Below are positions 23,641 to 35,589 of a DNA stretch of 49,551 bases, in pieces. Both the position numbers and the translations under genes were made by a program. The stretch spans positions 105,882,808 through 105,932,358 of the forward strand of contig NC_068983.1 of NCBI RefSeq assembly GCF_001194135.2, read 5' to 3'. How positions within the stretch are numbered: position 1 is the first letter of the stretch; each line of letters opens with the position of its first letter. The notes under the pieces are model-generated. The model was not told where the DNA came from. It saw only the letters and a list, made by a program, of their open reading frames with translations, and ran no database searches. Source of the DNA: Octopus bimaculoides (taxonomy: Eukaryota).

Positions 23641-23810
23641 TTTATGTATGCTAGACTACCTGTGGCCCGTTGGGTCACTAGGAAAGTCTGAGTTTCCCAG
23701 CAACGGAGTTTTGCTTCGTGGGTCTTTTTCTTCTTTTCAGGTTAATTGACATGCTCTCAACGAATGTAACATCGAAATCACGCGTAAACGGCTCCTTTCC
23801 CCAGAAAAGG

Positions 23811-23929
23811 AAAGATTTGGCTGCTATTTCTTGCATGCACTGCTACCACGTAACAGGTATTTTGGGTCCTTTATTGCAAATAGTTGTTACGTGGTAGCAG
23901 GGCGTGCTAGAAATAACAGCCAAATCTTT
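23811..23929. repeat. 119-bp palindromic (foldback) repeat of a dispersed family
   Basis: The 45-bp arms 23811-23855 and 23885-23929 differ at about 4 positions. The gctagaaatagcagccaaatc motif recurs at about 15450, 22640, 40935, 42810, 43820 and 49010. Confidence 0.8.
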
Positions 23930-24277
23930 GGTGGAGAAGTACGTTGAATGCACTCGAAAAAGCCCTATGGAAAAAAAATTATTTCACACCGAGATTACGA
24001 ACGGGTCTTTTACGAAATATTTATTGTATTTTTAAAGTCATTTTCACTTTAAAATATTTTTTAAACATGCCAAAAATATTTTTCCATTATGCACCGTTTT
24101 GAGTATTTATACCTCGAAAACCCCTAATATCTGCACAACCACTTGTACGATTTACGCGAAAGTTGTTTTATTCCGTTCGTATTTACATTTGAAAGGAAAC
24201 TTAATTCATAGTATTTTCCCATTACGTGCCAGTTTGGCTGGGTAACATTGCAAGCACGAGCTGACTTTTAATGTATT

Positions 24278-24310
24278 ACTAGCAGAGATACCCAGCGTTG
24301 CTCGGGATTA
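24278..24310 (-). mobile_element. Helitron-like 3' terminus
   Basis: Minus strand reads tcccgagcaacgctgggt-atctctg-CTAG|T, a degenerate version of the hairpin-CTAG end at 83-112. Confidence 0.6.
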
Positions 24311-24394
24311 AAAGGGCATAGTTTATTCTTTTACTTTTTTCAGTCATTTGACTGTGGCCATGCTGAAGCATTACTTTTAGTCGAACAGAATGAA

Positions 24395-24645
24395 TGAAAG
24401 AAAGAAAGGAGAAAGAAAGAGGGAGAAAGAAAGAGAGGGAGAAAGAAAGAAGAGAGGGAGAGAGAAAGAAGAGAGGGAGAGAGAAAAAAAGAGAAAGGAA
24501 GAAAGAAAAAGAAAGAAAGGAGGTAGAGAAAAAGAAAGAGGGAGAAAGAAGACGTAGACTAAAAGAGAGAAACTATTATAGAGAGTGAGGGAGAGAGAGT
24601 ATATGTAAACAAAAGAAAGAGAGAATGAGAAAAAGGAAAGATTCG
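24395..24645. repeat. Purine-rich (GA) low-complexity tract
   Basis: About 250 nt almost entirely A/G; it accounts for the KERE-rich ORF at 24394. Confidence 0.9.
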
Positions 24646-24849
24646 GTTGAAAACTGCAGTTTTTAGAGAAAAACCCGTGTAAAGCACCTTTCCACGCCCC
24701 GGTTTCTCGCTTTACGCAGGAGCTCTGGGCGAAAAATTATAGTGCATGACCATCCTTGGCACATAAGTAATGTATGTGCATAGCTTAGTGAAAATTGGTT
24801 GAAAACTGTAGAAATGCATACGTATTACACACACAGAGACATCATTTGT

Positions 24850-24900
<51 letters not shown>

Positions 24901-25074
24901 GACGTTCGACGATGCTGGATTCAACTGTTTGATCTACTGAATTACCTGCTCCTGAATTAATTGAGCATTTCATTGACACGTATACCCATAACATAAATCT
25001 CAGGCAGAGTTAGCACGACAAAACGCGTGACACAACTGTACTTCCTGTATTACAGGTACAATTCATGTGACGGG

Positions 25075-25230
25075 ATTCAGTACAGTTCCGCCCACCCAAT
25101 TTCACTCACAAGGTATTGGTGAATTGAAGTTATAAAAAATAACATGCCCAAGATGCCACGTAATGGGATCGAAACTGGGATTCTATGATTGCAAAGAGAA
25201 CTCCTTAACCATTCAGCCATGCCGCACCTA
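25075..25230 (-). mobile_element. Family-B-related SINE, 5' part
   Basis: tttcactcacaaggtattgg...gcccaagatgccacgtaatgggatcgaaac...cttaaccattcagccatg. Confidence 0.7.
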
Positions 25231-25429
25231 TTCCTCATTGGTATGTGACTACAGTTGTCGTTTAGATATGACCAATATAGATACTCATAACCCATTTGGG
25301 GATAGCAGAAACAGTAGTCAGCAGTGCGATATTGCAATGACACATACACACGTTTCAAGTTTCATCTTTTTTTTTCTCGTATTAGTTTTTTTAAAAGCTG
25401 AATTGGAACGATGAAGTTCTTAGATTCAT

Positions 25430-26570
25430 ATTCGACGTTTCCAGACCGTCACAGCCTCATTCCCAAGAAAACAAATAAATTTGGTGTCTGTGTTGTTTCT
25501 TTTCTACTGATTGAATAAACGGAAACTTTTCCGCTAAAGGTTTTTGACCGTTAGGCTTGTATGTCAGTCGTTACTTGTTGATTTGTTTGTTGTGGTCAAA
25601 TTTATTATCGTTAAGTTTTCATACCAGTAACCACGCGTTAATTTGGTGTTTTATTTTGGCATTGAGTTGCCATAGGGGTATGACTTTCTTGATTAATCTT
25701 CTATTTTTGTGACGAATTTTATCGAGTATATATTGTTCTCTAGTATCTATCTATATTTAGTGGTATGTGGCATAATGTTCTGCGATTGCCGCCTATGGTA
25801 AATGCATGGTGAGCGTACGAGAATATTGTACTAGTATGTCCAATTTAACAGCTATAGTCCTAATGTTTACAACTTTCGGTTTTACAATAAAATTTGTAGA
25901 TTACATTGGTTATTTATAGCTTGTCCCCGGGTTTACATACTTGTAGAGTGTTATTGTTGAGAAGCTTTTGTAGTATATTATTATTTAAGTTTATGGTCGG
26001 GCGTGATACATTTTATGAGTGTTTTATTATATATTCGTTTGTGTATTTGATTCATATACCAAATTTTACGTTTGATTTATATAATGAATTACGTGTGATT
26101 TGTGCTTTTTTATTGGATGTATTCTCTGATGTATTTGTTGTATTTGTGTTTGTATTATTTTATAGCACGGTTTACTAATCTCAAGGAAAATGCGTTACTA
26201 ATGTTTATTTTATTCTGTAGATTTCTTTATCTAGTGCCTTGTTTGTGGACAAGAATATAACTGCTATTCTAAGGAGTGATTTAATCAGTGGCATAGTTGT
26301 GTGGGCATTTACAGTCTCCATGTAGAAAGAGGCATTTATTTTATTCATTAATGTACATGTAGTGCATATGGTCTTTTAAAATTCAATCTGTATGTGTGTA
26401 CATCTAAAAACGGGGTCTCATTTGTATTATTCTGGATGTAAAATTTTTTAGTACAGAATTGTTTTGTAAGTCTTTTAGCTTCATAACGTCCTTTAATGAA
26501 TTCATTATCACTTGTATATCATCTATGTATCTGGTGTATATTTTGTATTGATATTTTATTATATTAACCC
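25430..26570 (-). mobile_element. Penelope-like retroelement relic (RT C-terminus plus GIY-YIG endonuclease), heavily decayed
   Basis: Minus-strand pieces across frames: ETPFLDVH (26430-26400), CLFLHGDCKCPHNY, LIKSLLRIAVIFLSTNKALDKEIYRIK*TLVTHFP, then TNVIYKFYCKTESCKH*DYSC*IGHTST (about 25905-25825) and LTMHL..AAIAEH. Order and motifs are those of PLE RT followed by GIY-YIG. Confidence 0.8.
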
Positions 26571-26603
26571 ATTTATATATCTAAACAGTCAAGGTACCAG
26601 TCA

Positions 26604-27803
26604 GAGTAAATCAGCTCATAATGCAATGGCTAAGAAAGTCGAGAAAAAAAATGTCAATAATGTGCATCCACTTATTCTAATGTTGTATATGGAAAAGGGA
26701 TTGTCAAACTATAAGAACCATTCGGGTTAAATGGCTATATATAATTTAGAGCTGTACTTTTTCTCTCGCTCCTTTAGTTCAGAAAAATTGAGCACAAACT
26801 TTTGCGACTCTTATTTTAGCATCCAAGTTTTGGTGTTGATATTACCTTTGCTTAACATATGTTACTATCAGATAAAAGTATCAGCACTTAAGTATATATT
26901 CTAGAATAAGGTTAGTCAAGAGATCGAGCTGAAACTATGACGTTTGCAAACGTGACATATACAGTATATAATATAACCTGCAACTATATATATATAATGA
27001 TTTCAAATTTTGGCACAAGACTAGCAATAATGGAGGAGGGGCTAAGTCGATCACATCGACCCCAGTGTTCCGCTGCTAGTTATTTTATCGGCCTCGAAAG
27101 AATGAAAGGCAAAGTCGATCTCGGCGGAATTTGAACTCAGAACGTAGCGACAGCCAAAATACCGCTAAGTATTTCGTCCAGCGTGCTAAAGATTCTACCA
27201 TCATGCCTATAATAAATAATAATAATGATGATAATGATTAATAAAATGTATAGTATATTCCCATAACAGTCAGTTTACCAATCGGTTTCATACCGAGAGT
27301 TGAGAAAACCCCGGCATGTTTCCTTATTGTAGGTTTTTCTCAATAATATACCCACTCTATTAATATACGAGGACCTGCTTTTTCTGAATCACGTATTTTT
27401 ACAAGCACACATACATATATATTGTTGATTACATTCTACCTGTCACATTTGCAAAGGTCATGCATACAGCTCGACCTCTTGAATAACCTTATATTATAAC
27501 ACTGTACCTATATAAGTGCTCGTACTTTTATCTGATGTTTACATGTTAAACAAAAGTAATATCAACGACAAAACTTGGATCCTAAAATAAGAGTTGCAAA
27601 GGACTATGTTCAATTTTTCTGAACTATAAGGAGCGAGAGGAAAAGTATAGCACTAAATTATACATATATTCATTTAACCCAAATACTTCTTATAGCTTTG
27701 ACAATCCCTTCTCCACACACATCAGAATACCTGGATGCACATTATTGACATTTTTTCACTCGACTTTCTTAGACAGCCGTCATATCATGAACTGATTTTC
27801 CTC
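26604..27803. mobile_element. About 1.2-kb foldback element with about 360-bp inverted arms
   Basis: 26604-26957 aligns with the reverse complement of 27441-27803 (e.g. aagaaagtcgag..aaaaatgtcaataatgtgcatcca; tagttcagaaaaattga; ctcttattttag.atccaagtttt). Roughly 75-80% identity by eye. Confidence 0.75.
27000..27205 (-). mobile_element. Family-A SINE inserted in the foldback spacer
   Basis: gaatgaaaggcaaagtcgatctcggcggaatttgaactcagaacg plus an (AAT)n flank. Confidence 0.85.
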
Positions 27804-28032
27804 AATTTTACGGTAACATTCCATACAATTTTCTGTTGTTACCCTAGGAAGTGGTGACACAGTTTTACTTCAAGAAACACAGTTACAAATGTTTTTCTCT
27901 TTTATTTTTTTCTCTTCATTTTATTTTAAAACTGTCTATCAAAATCCCCATGCTATATAAATGTATTGGGGGACGAGGAAATTCAAATCTTAGATTTCCT
28001 TACCGAAGGTCAACAGCCTTACCAACAAGTGC

Positions 28033-28108
<76 letters not shown>

Positions 28109-29095
28109 CACACTGTTAGAAAATTTATTTATATTATGAGACTTGTTTGAAACCGAATCCATCTAATTCAGGTTTAGTGATAAAATTGGTGCTAAAGTCT
28201 ATTCATGATTATCATTGAAAGGTGGCGATATTGATACTGAGTGAGCAGCAATATGGTGGTAATCGTTATAAAATTGAAAGAACACACACACGTTGGGAAG
28301 AAGATAGCACGAAATCAAATTATGAATTTACAGTTACGTACACAGTTTTTGTTGTATTTCGGGAGGATCATTATGGCAATAATAAACGCACTGGCTTTAT
28401 TTCACTTTTATTATTATTATTATAAGTCAACTAGTCAGCCATTTAACCAATTAACTAATCAGATGTTTGATTAATCGGTCGGTCACTCAATCAATTAGCT
28501 AAGTTCATCAAAATTCTTTCGTTGCTATTCGCAACCTCACAAATGACTTGCCGTTTCTACTCCAAGTCTATTTTAAGTCTGTCTGTTTGTCTCCTAGTTT
28601 ACAAGTTCTATATTTATATGGATATAAATATATGAGAGTATATGTGAGGCCAAATACTACAAAGTAAGATGTATACGGTATCTTTGCGTGCATGTGGATG
28701 CGTATCTTTATACATTATCTATGTATATTTGGTTAAGCACTAAGCCAGTCCTTATCAAGTAAACCTATGATAAAAGGCGTCCCTTGTGTAACTTTCTTCC
28801 CATTTTTTCTCTTCCTTTTTAAAACGGTAAGATGTAATTTGAAAGAGATGAATTGTTTCTAACAGATCAGGGGATTAATTTTTTTCTAACAGATCAAGGA
28901 ACCAGGGAGAGGTTTTTCTCATTGTCACTTAGAATATTTGGTCATAATCGAGTCGTTGGTGCTCCACTTAAAATTCCGATTACTTGTAGTGTATCTCGAA
29001 AAATTCCTTGAGAAACCCATCCTTTACCAAACTGTACCGATGATGTCGTTGAACTCGGCAATCAGTGAAAAGTAACATGACACTCATTATTTATA

Positions 29096-29265
29096 CGAAG
29101 GGGTGTTGAAAAGTCCCTGGCTTTAAGGGTGTCGCGAAAGGCCTGGTTGGAGGCCCAACCTTCCGAGTTCTTTTACAGGGCTTCTGAAGGATTGCTGCAA
29201 TCAAATGTGTGAATCCTCCTGTATTTTCTTTTACCCGAAGCCAGGAACTTTTCAGCACTCATTTG
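29096..29265. mobile_element. Tc1/mariner MITE (170 bp)
   Basis: TA|CGAAGGGGTGTTGAAAAGTCCCTGGCTT ... AAGCCAGGAACTTTTCAGCACTCATTTG|TA: 28-bp imperfect TIRs with a TA duplication. Confidence 0.8.
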
Positions 29266-30699
29266 TAGTTATCATGCTACCATTGCTTTCTATGTACAAT
29301 TAGACGACCTGAGAGAGTAAATTTAATACTTTGCCAGTGCTGGCACTGGATACGAAAGTAATATTTAAATGATCTGATGAATAAAAGTCGAAAGGTCATA
29401 ACATTCATTATTATGACCACTCAAGAAGGGCAATGACGTCATCAGTGAGTATAATTGTGGCATCTCTGATAAAAGAAAAGACACTTAAAAAAACTACTTT
29501 CATTACAGGAAGCTGGTGTGTGAGAGCGTGTCATTCAAAGAAAAATGAATAAAACGAAGAAAAGAGACGGTTAACAAAGATATTTGCCTATAAATTTAGC
29601 ATAATGAACTGTTTAAATCTTGCTCCTGTCTTCAAAGAATGGAATTTATATTAAACATATTCATTTTATTCTGAGTATTGAAGACAGACAGTGGTTTCTT
29701 GATGCTTTCAACGAGCACTTATAGAAATGTTAATTATTTTAGAACCCAACTTAAGTGATGGCTAATTGACAACAATCAATGTTAGTCGTTCGCAAACGAA
29801 ATTAATCACCGGCTGACAAAGTTAAACCGATATTATTGATATAACGCGGCATCTAGGAAAACTGTCAGCTAACAAAAACAAATGTAAGAAACATCAAGAA
29901 TATCAAAAAGAAATTTGATAAGCTGTCACGGGTAATTTTGACGTTTAAGATTTAACAAAAGAAATCAAAAGTGACGTCATACTTTGATGTTATCTTCTTT
30001 GTTAACAACATATATAATAACCCGAGATGTCAACAAAGTGATAACAGAAGATTTTAAGTCAGTAGCATAATCTTTCACTTTCAAGATGCGCGCGCGTAAA
30101 GATGCACATCCAAATTAGTACATAGAATATCATACAGTGCTGATAGATTGACCAGGTCTGATACTTAATTAAAAGGTAGATCTGTTCTGTAAAAATACCG
30201 TAAAATTCTAAAGTTTCATCCTTTAATTTCGAGAGAATTCGATTTCCAATCGGCAAGTAATCAATAAAGGAATCTCTACAAAGTCGCTTGACCTACTAGA
30301 AATAATTTTTTTTTTTCTTAATTACAGCGTACCGCTGAAAATGTTTCTTATTATTGCTGTTGTTTAATCCAAGGTCAGCTTTGACTGAGCAGACCTATGA
30401 CCAAAGTTGCTCCGGCCATGACCACCCAATTTGCCTCATATTTAGGACCAGATCATCCAACGTTTTCTCTTTTCAAGATGGTTGAGTGTAATTTAAAGGA
30501 GATTTGGTTACTTCTTCAAACAAATCGAGCAACAATCGAAGATTTACTCGTTGGCTCGTACAATAGAATTGTCGCTGACTATATTAAACTTAGTCTTTGG
30601 TTTCTAAAACTTTTTCCCACTCTGTTTGGGTGTCTTCTCAACGAATACAAATTTTTGTTTTCCCTTTTACATCCCTCAAGAATGCAACCCGTTCTTATT

Positions 30700-30865
30700 T
30701 AACTTGTTTCGGTCATTGAACTGCAGTGATTCAGTGATAGCAACTTGAAGGGTTCAGTGGAACAAATCGAACCCAGTACTTATTGAAATTCTGGTATTTA
30801 TTCTATCAGTCTTTTTTACCGAACCGTTAAGTCATGGGGATGTAAACAAACCAACACATTGTTAT
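30700..30865 (-). mobile_element. Family-B SINE 3' fragment (a 5' fragment also lies at about 31090-31186, next to a gap)
   Basis: ttgtttcggtcattgaactgcag...ttctatcagtcttttttaccgaaccgttaagtcatggggatgtaaacaaacc. Confidence 0.7.
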
Positions 30866-31679
30866 GTCGACGCCCCCAGGCGAAGAAGTAGGATCTCCCA
30901 AGACATATAAATAGAGGTAGTCTGGACGTGGTAGGAGTGTTGAGTAGCAGTCGAGTAGCAGTTGTGTAGCGGTTGAGTAGAGATCATCCGAAGGTGCTAG
31001 ATAGCAGTAGCTTGAGACAACACACATGTTGTCAAGCAGTCATATTGTGAGAGTAAGCACACACACACACACACACACACACTTCTACACAATTTCTGGC
31101 AATCAATTTCACCCACAAGGCATTAGTCGACTCGAGGCTATAGTAGAAAACACTTGCCTAAGATGCCATGCAGCGGGACTAAACCCNNNNNNNNNNNNNN
31201 NNNNNNNNNNNNNNNNNNNNNNNNNNNNNNNNNNNNNNNNNNNNNNNNNNNNNNNNNNNNNNNNNNNNNNNNNNNNNNNNNNNNNNNNNNNNNNNNNNNN
31301 NNNNNNNNNNNNNNNNNNNNNNNNNNNNNNNNNNNNNNNNNNNNNNNNNNNNNNNNNNNNNNNNNNNNNNNNNNNNNNNNNNNNNNNNNNNNNNNNNNNN
31401 NNNNNNNNNNNNNNNNNNNNNNNNNNNNNNNNNNNNNNNNNNNNNNNNNNNNNNNNNNNNNNNNNNNNNNNNNNNNNNNNNNNNNNNNNNNNNNNNNNNN
31501 NNNNNNNNNNNNNNNNNNNNNNNNNNNNNNNNNNNNNNNNNNNNNNNNNNNNNNNNNNNNNNNNNNNNNNNNNNNNNNNNNNNNNNNNNNNNNNNNNNNN
31601 NNNNNNNNNNNNNNNNNNNNNNNNNNNNNNNNNNNNNNNNNNNNNNNNNNNNNNNNNNNNNNATATGTATACACACATG

Positions 31680-31730
<51 letters not shown>

Positions 31731-32457
31731 GTATACCTATGCACACACACACACACACACACAGAGTAATAAGTAAGGAAATTATTCCTGATAGTAGTAG
31801 TAGAGCCTTATATTTTGGTTAAAAGAAAAGAAGTCAAATACTGTTCACCATATGTCTATCGTTGCAATGTTAAAAGGTACCGCTAAACAGAATACCATAC
31901 ATGTATGCATGCATGCATACATATATACATAACATACGAGTGATTGTTACAGATGATCAAGAATATTTTACAGTAATGAATCGATGGAATGTTTCCCAAC
32001 TCACAAACCCATAGTATGCCAAGTTAAGACAGACAATATAAGACATAAATCTTATTCTTGGATGGAAGAAAAAATGGATCAAATGAAAATCAGATAAATC
32101 ATTGTACATTACACATAGTTACTTCGGTGGCAGACAATATCACGTGTCTGGTGAGCGGAAGATGTTGGTTCAAGAACAAGCTCCATTAGAAATATCAAGA
32201 AATTTTAGATCGCACTTAATTCTCAAGCTAAAACTCTCTCTCTAGTCCATTACGTATGCGTGTATAAATATCTATGTACATACGTGTATGTATATCTGTG
32301 TATACATATGTAAACGCATGTGTATGAAAAAATATATATACATATATATGCACGCGCGCATACACACACGTGCATACATACACATGCAAGCATATATACG
32401 TATGTGGAAACAAACGAAAGCAAAATAGAATACCATACATACATATGCCATACATTA

Positions 32458-33388
32458 TATTTATATGTGTATATATATTTGCATGTGTGTGTATACATAC
32501 TGACACATGTAAAAGAAAAAAAGATTATTGACTCCTATATGGATTTAATAGGCGATTGTCATTTCCTAAAATGTGCTTATCAAATGTACTACACCTCTAT
32601 CGCTCATAAATATAATGCTGTGGACGTTACATATTTGTATCAACAGTTTGACGCAGATCTATATAGCTACTAGTTTCACAAACACAAGAAGCATGTTTGA
32701 TCCTTCAGATACCCTGATACTGAGTGGTAAGACATAATATAATGAGTGAAACTCGTTTCTGTTAGCCAGCTTGACTGCTGAATGGTAGGTTGAAGCAAAC
32801 TCTATTGGCTGGTTGTAGCTAACCTTGCTTTTGTTAGAAATTACAAGGAAATAAGATAATTTTAGCTATAAAACTAATGGACTTGCGTCAACAACTAATA
32901 ATTTAAAATTAGGTAATAGAAAGTTTCACTTATGGTTAATACATGAAAGTTCAGTCTCTCGTCAAGGGATATGTGCAGTTTTCTATAAAGATAAAGACGG
33001 TAGTTATATGGTCAGAGTGAGTAAAGAGATGCCTTGTCAAGGATGTTTCAGGATGTACTGAACCAGTTATATTGATCTCGATGTTCCATATAAAACTGGT
33101 CAAGGAGACGAAGTTTTCTTTGTCCCTGTCTGAAGTGTATATGCTGAAGGAACATCCCTTTGAATTCATTGACTATGAGTATCCCGGGATGTTATCAAGG
33201 AGTAAGTATCACCAAGTAGATAACAGTCTTGGTGAAGCAGATTTAGTGGACATGTGAACTGAACCTGGTAATACGTACATCTCTGCAAATTTTATACCAC
33301 GCTGGTTTATACCACGCTGCATAAAGTTTGCGGAGATATGCGCTTTTTTTCTATTGTAGCGAGTGATGTTAAAAACAATTTTATCAAC

Positions 33389-33439
<51 letters not shown>

Positions 33440-34112
33440 GTAGGTTACTTTATTTTGTGAAAGTAGTTTATTGAACTTGTAAGACTAATATCAAAAATCT
33501 ATGAATCGACAAAAGTATTCGCCAGTTAATTTCTGGCTGTCAATGACGACTAGAATCGTCAATGAATTTCATGATATCATTTAGGGAGCCAGAAGTTACT
33601 TAGGGTTACAGGCTAGTCAAGTGGTTCTCAACTGTTTCTTACTCAGGCGCCTCCATTTGATCTCGTAAAATAACAATGCTTTTCTTTCGACGCCAACGCA
33701 TTACACTTATGAGCGATAGGGGATAGGTGTAGTACATTTGATAAGCACATTTTAGGAAATGACATAATCGCCTATTAAATCCATATAGGAGTCAATAATA
33801 TTTTTTCTTTTACATGTGTTAGTATGTATACACACACATTTAGGCGGCGAGCTGGCAGAAACGTTAGCACACCGGGCGAAATGCTTAGCGGTATTTCGTC
33901 TGCCGCTACGCTCTGAGTTCAAATTCCGCCGAGGTCGACTCTGCCTTTCATCCTTTCGGGGTCGATTAAATAAGTACCAGTTAAGCACTGGGGTCGGTAT
34001 AATCGACTTAATCCGTTTGTCTGTCCTTGTTTGTCCCCTCTGTGTGTAGCCCTTTGTGGGTAGTAAAGAAATAACACACATGCAAATATATATACACATA
34101 TAAATATGCACA
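32458..34112. repeat. Long inverted repeat (arms about 32458-32625 and 33685-34112, right arm interrupted by a SINE) around about 1.06 kb of unassigned sequence
   Basis: attattgactcctatatggatttaataggcgatt and gtcatttcctaaaatgtgcttatcaaatgtactacacct are exact reverse complements of 33729-33799. The match resumes at 34074 beyond the SINE. Confidence 0.85.
33842..34073 (+). mobile_element. Well-preserved family-A SINE with a distinct 3' tail
   Basis: ggcggcgagctggcagaaacgttagc head and GAGTTCAAATTCC B-box; flanked by ACACACAT (33832-33839 and 34074-34081). Confidence 0.9.
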
Positions 34113-34624
34113 CATGTACATCTATGCATATATGCTGGGGCACTGGCACAAAGAATTTTCAGTTGAATGAATCGACCCCAGTTATAGTATGGAGTGGGAC
34201 TGAACCCAGAACTATGTGGTTGGGAAGCAAGCTTCTTACCCATCATTATTCACAATTGTTATCAATTTTAACGAAGAGCGGAGGAAATATTTCATCTTAT
34301 GATAAATCTGAAATAATCAGAATATAGAAATGGTCAACTCGTGTGAGACTTAAACGTCTAAAAATAGTAGAAAATCAAAGTGATAGTGTAATATATGGAG
34401 ATATAGGGCTGGGAGTAAACAAACCCCAGCGTTTCTAAACATTTTAAATACAAATGGATGAAGCATTAATGGAGTTAATCCCAAAGTATAGAAAACAATC
34501 AGAGGAAGATTCTGTTCAAATTCTGAAATGGATTTTCAAAAGGAAGCCCGAGGATGAATTCACAAATAATTATGAGAGACCTCGACCGACCAATGCCTTA
34601 AGAATGAATTTGATTGACAGAAAG

Positions 34625-34850
34625 TGTGCGGAAAGTATGTGTGTTTGTCCTGTTCCACCCTTCGACAACCGGTGTTGGTTTGTTTACGTCCCTGTAATCT
34701 AGCGATTCTACAGAAAAAGAGGCCGATAGAATAAATGTCAGACTTAAAAGTAAGTACTGGGATTGATTTGCTCGACTAAACCTTTCAAGATGGCGCCCCA
34801 GCATGTCGCAACCCTGGACTGCGATCAGTAAAACAATAAAAGAATGAAAG
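34625..34850 (+). mobile_element. Family-B SINE 3' half
   Basis: gtgtttgtcc...gacaaccggtgttggtttgtttacgtccctgtaatctagcg...gatttgctcgactaaacc...ccccagcatg. Confidence 0.75.
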
Positions 34851-34989
34851 GAGATTATTTACATTAATGTGACTCTTGAGGATTATGTATACTTCACCAG
34901 GTCGTGTTAAATCAGGGTCCGGACAAAAGGCCCACGGTTATATTTTTCGGTTATTTTTTCGTTTTGAGAATTTTTAGTTGAATTTATCG

Positions 34990-35510
34990 ACCCCAGAATT
35001 TTTTTTTTTACTTGTTGCTGTTCAACTGCAACCGGCCATGCTGGGGCACCACCTTGAAGAATTTTTAGACGGCAGTATGGAACCCAGAATTTTTTTAAAG
35101 CTTGATCAAAACCACTTCTGTGATATAATTCATTTTTGTTTTTCTTTTTACACGTTGCAGTCATTAGACTGCGGCCATGCTGGGACACCAGCTTGAGAAA
35201 TTTTTTGTCGATTGTATCAACCGCAGAATTTTTTTTAGATGATTTTCTACCAGTGCATAAAGTTAAACCTGGAAGGTCTCTCGACATGCTAGAAATAACA
35301 GCCATATCTCTTGAAATTTTTTTTTATAACCCTCCACGGTTATATTCTTTGGTTATTATTTTTTTTTCTAAGTCACTAGACTGCGGCCATGCTGGGGCAC
35401 CACATTGAAATTTTTTTTAGTCGTATGTATCGATCCCACAATCTTTTTTAGGTAATTTTTAACCAGCACGTAAAGGTAAGCCTAGAAGGTCTCTCCACGT
35501 GTTAGAAATN
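34990..35510. repeat. Three imperfect direct repeats of a SINE-tail-derived unit (about 150-210 bp)
   Basis: ggccatgctgggg/acacc occurs at about 35033, 35174 and 35385, each followed by ttga.aattttt...gtat...agaattttttt. Units 2 and 3 add ggaaggtctctc...gctagaaat. Confidence 0.7.
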
Positions 35511-35589
35511 NNNNNNNNNNNNNNNNNNNNNNNNNNNNNNNATTTTTTTTTTCATATAATTTCACGTAAACAAAAACGGAAATCTCGGT

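Noticed and set aside
30397-30702. 101-aa ORF MTKVAPAMTTQF...
   Set aside because: It starts inside a dispersed repeat (gagcagacctatgaccaaag, also at about 42680 and 49250), and has no recognisable domain or splice support.
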